In this document: positions 62,601 to 64,000 of the stretch, piece after piece
Layout of the letters: every line of letters starts with the position of its first letter
Numbering within the stretch: the first letter of the stretch is position 1
NCBI GenBank assembly: GCA_903813345.2
Contig: CAIIXF020000001.1
Location: 17,608,001 to 17,672,000 of the forward strand
From: Owenia fusiformis
Lineage: Eukaryota
Direction of reading: 5' to 3'
Length of the DNA stretch: 64,000 bases
The notes under the pieces: generated by a model
What the model was told of the DNA's origin: nothing
The model's database searches: none
What the model saw: only the letters and a program-made list of their open reading frames with translations
Translations under genes and position numbers: made by a program

Positions 62601-64000
62601 GACTTCTTGTCACTGCACTGATAAATGTAGCAAAATAGTCAAAATAATTCAGCCTTGAGCATGAAATTTTTGAATTTTTGGACAAATTTTGGGCTATTTT
62701 GGGGGATTTTTGCCCATAACGATACTAATCTACTTAAAACAGCTGTTTAAAGTTGTACAAATTGCTTAAGTGATTTATATTCTCTCATAAGTAGGACTAT
62801 TTGCTACTTTACTAAACTGAACATCATTGATTTTTCGTTTTTCATGAACTTCTGATGGCTAGTTCAAGTAGCATTGTCTTTTGTGCAGGTTTACTGAATA
62901 CGTCCCTTTAAAATTGGGTCTTTCGTGGGTTTAAAGGGTCAAAATATTGGAACTTTGCACACCGTGGAACGTTTGGGGTGTGTTTCCTTTAATTTGGCAA
63001 GAACTGCATCAAATTACTTGATAAGAGAGCAGAAATGTAGCAATTTAGGCTGAAAAGTACTGTTTTCAATGAAAAAACGAAAATTGCTGACACAGCAAAA
63101 TTTAGATCGTCGTCTCCAGAATTTTAGGGGTTAATTTGCAAAACTTTAAATGGTCCCATAGAAACATATGCGAAATATGGCTAAATTCGACATATTTCTC
63201 GAAATTCACTAATAAATGTGGTTGATATTAGTGTCATGGTTGACTGAATATGCATTTTATTCAATATGAATTTTAAAGTTCGGGGTTTTATGAAGTGATA
63301 TGTACATTTTTGCTCAAATCCCCTCAGCACTTTTGATTCTATAGGGTTCTCTTGACCCCTGGGGTCATTATATTTTGTGACAATTTATTCCAGACTAAAT
63401 GTAGTTATTTTGTCATTAAAATATCTTATTAGAGAAACGTTCAGGAAAAGTTGCGCTATCCACAAGACTTCTTGTCACTGCACTGATAAATGTAGCAAAA
63501 TAGTCAAAATAATTCAGCCTTGAGCATGAAATTTTTGAATTTTTGGACAAATTTTGGGCTATTTTGGGGGATTTTTGCCCATAACGATACTAATCTACTT
63601 AAAACAGCTGTTTAAAGTTGTACAAATTGCTTAAGTGATTTATATTCTCTCATAAGTAGGACTATTTGCTACTTTACTAAACTGAACATCATTGATTTTT
63701 CGTTTTTCATGAACTTCTGATGGCTAGTTCAAGTAGCATTGTCTTTTGTGCAGGTTTACTGAATACGTCCCTTTAAAATTGGGTCTTTCGTGGGTTTAAA
63801 GGGTCAAAATATTGGAACTTTGCACACCGTGGAACGTTTGGGGTGTGTTTCCTTTAATTTGGCAAGAACTGCATCAAATTACTTGATAAGAGAGCAGAAA
63901 TGTAGCAATTTAGGCTGAAAAGTACTGTTTTCAATGAAAAAACGAAAATTGCTGACACAGCAAAATTTAGATCGTCGTCTCCAGAATTTTAGGGGTTAAT
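29643..64000 (+). repeat. Composite satellite array: 865-bp unit A (35 complete + 1 partial) interspersed with 473-bp unit B (7 copies)
   Basis: B starts at 29643, 35307, 41835, 44038, 48836, 56230, 61894. A runs start at 30116 (x6), 35780 (x7), 42308 (x2), 44511 (x5), 49309 (x8), 56703 (x6), 62367 (x2+, runs off the window). Both units end in TATTAG. The ORF track lists no ORF in it. Confidence 0.98.

Noticed and set aside
29643-64000. CRISPR-like or rDNA/5S/histone/snRNA gene array
   Set aside because: The interspersed B units are identical rather than unique spacers, the units are far too long, the context is eukaryotic, and I recognised no RNA-gene or histone sequence and no ORF in either unit.

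Overview
AT-rich metazoan (invertebrate-like) genomic DNA in two halves. (1) 1-29.5 kb: the 5' ~505 codons of a minus-strand angiotensin-converting enzyme (peptidase M2, HEMGH + GFHEAVGD) gene, rebuilt by hand from GT-AG exons (ATG at 13710, running off the left edge). Two consecutive N-terminal exons are each present as two intact, diverged paralogous copies (order 2a,2b,3a,3b), which points to two tandem mutually exclusive exon clusters. The introns and intergenic DNA hold a truncated CR1/L2-like LINE, a Tx1/L1-like RT relic, three different foldback MITEs with CAC...GTG ends and 5-bp TSDs (Transib-like), other TIR elements, and a poly(A)-tailed retroposed insert with a 16-bp TSD that was later hit by two MITEs. 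There is also a probable plus-strand two-coding-exon gene for a disordered protein. (2) 29.6-64 kb: a near-perfectly homogeneous non-coding tandem array of an 865-bp unit (A) and a 473-bp unit (B), ordered B-A6-B-A7-B-A2-B-A5-B-A8-B-A6-B-A2+. It starts 76 bp inside a Transib-like terminal inverted repeat identical over 15 bp to that of the MITE in the ACE intron, so it looks like a satellite born inside a transposon. All coordinates and counts were read by eye; no database searches were run.
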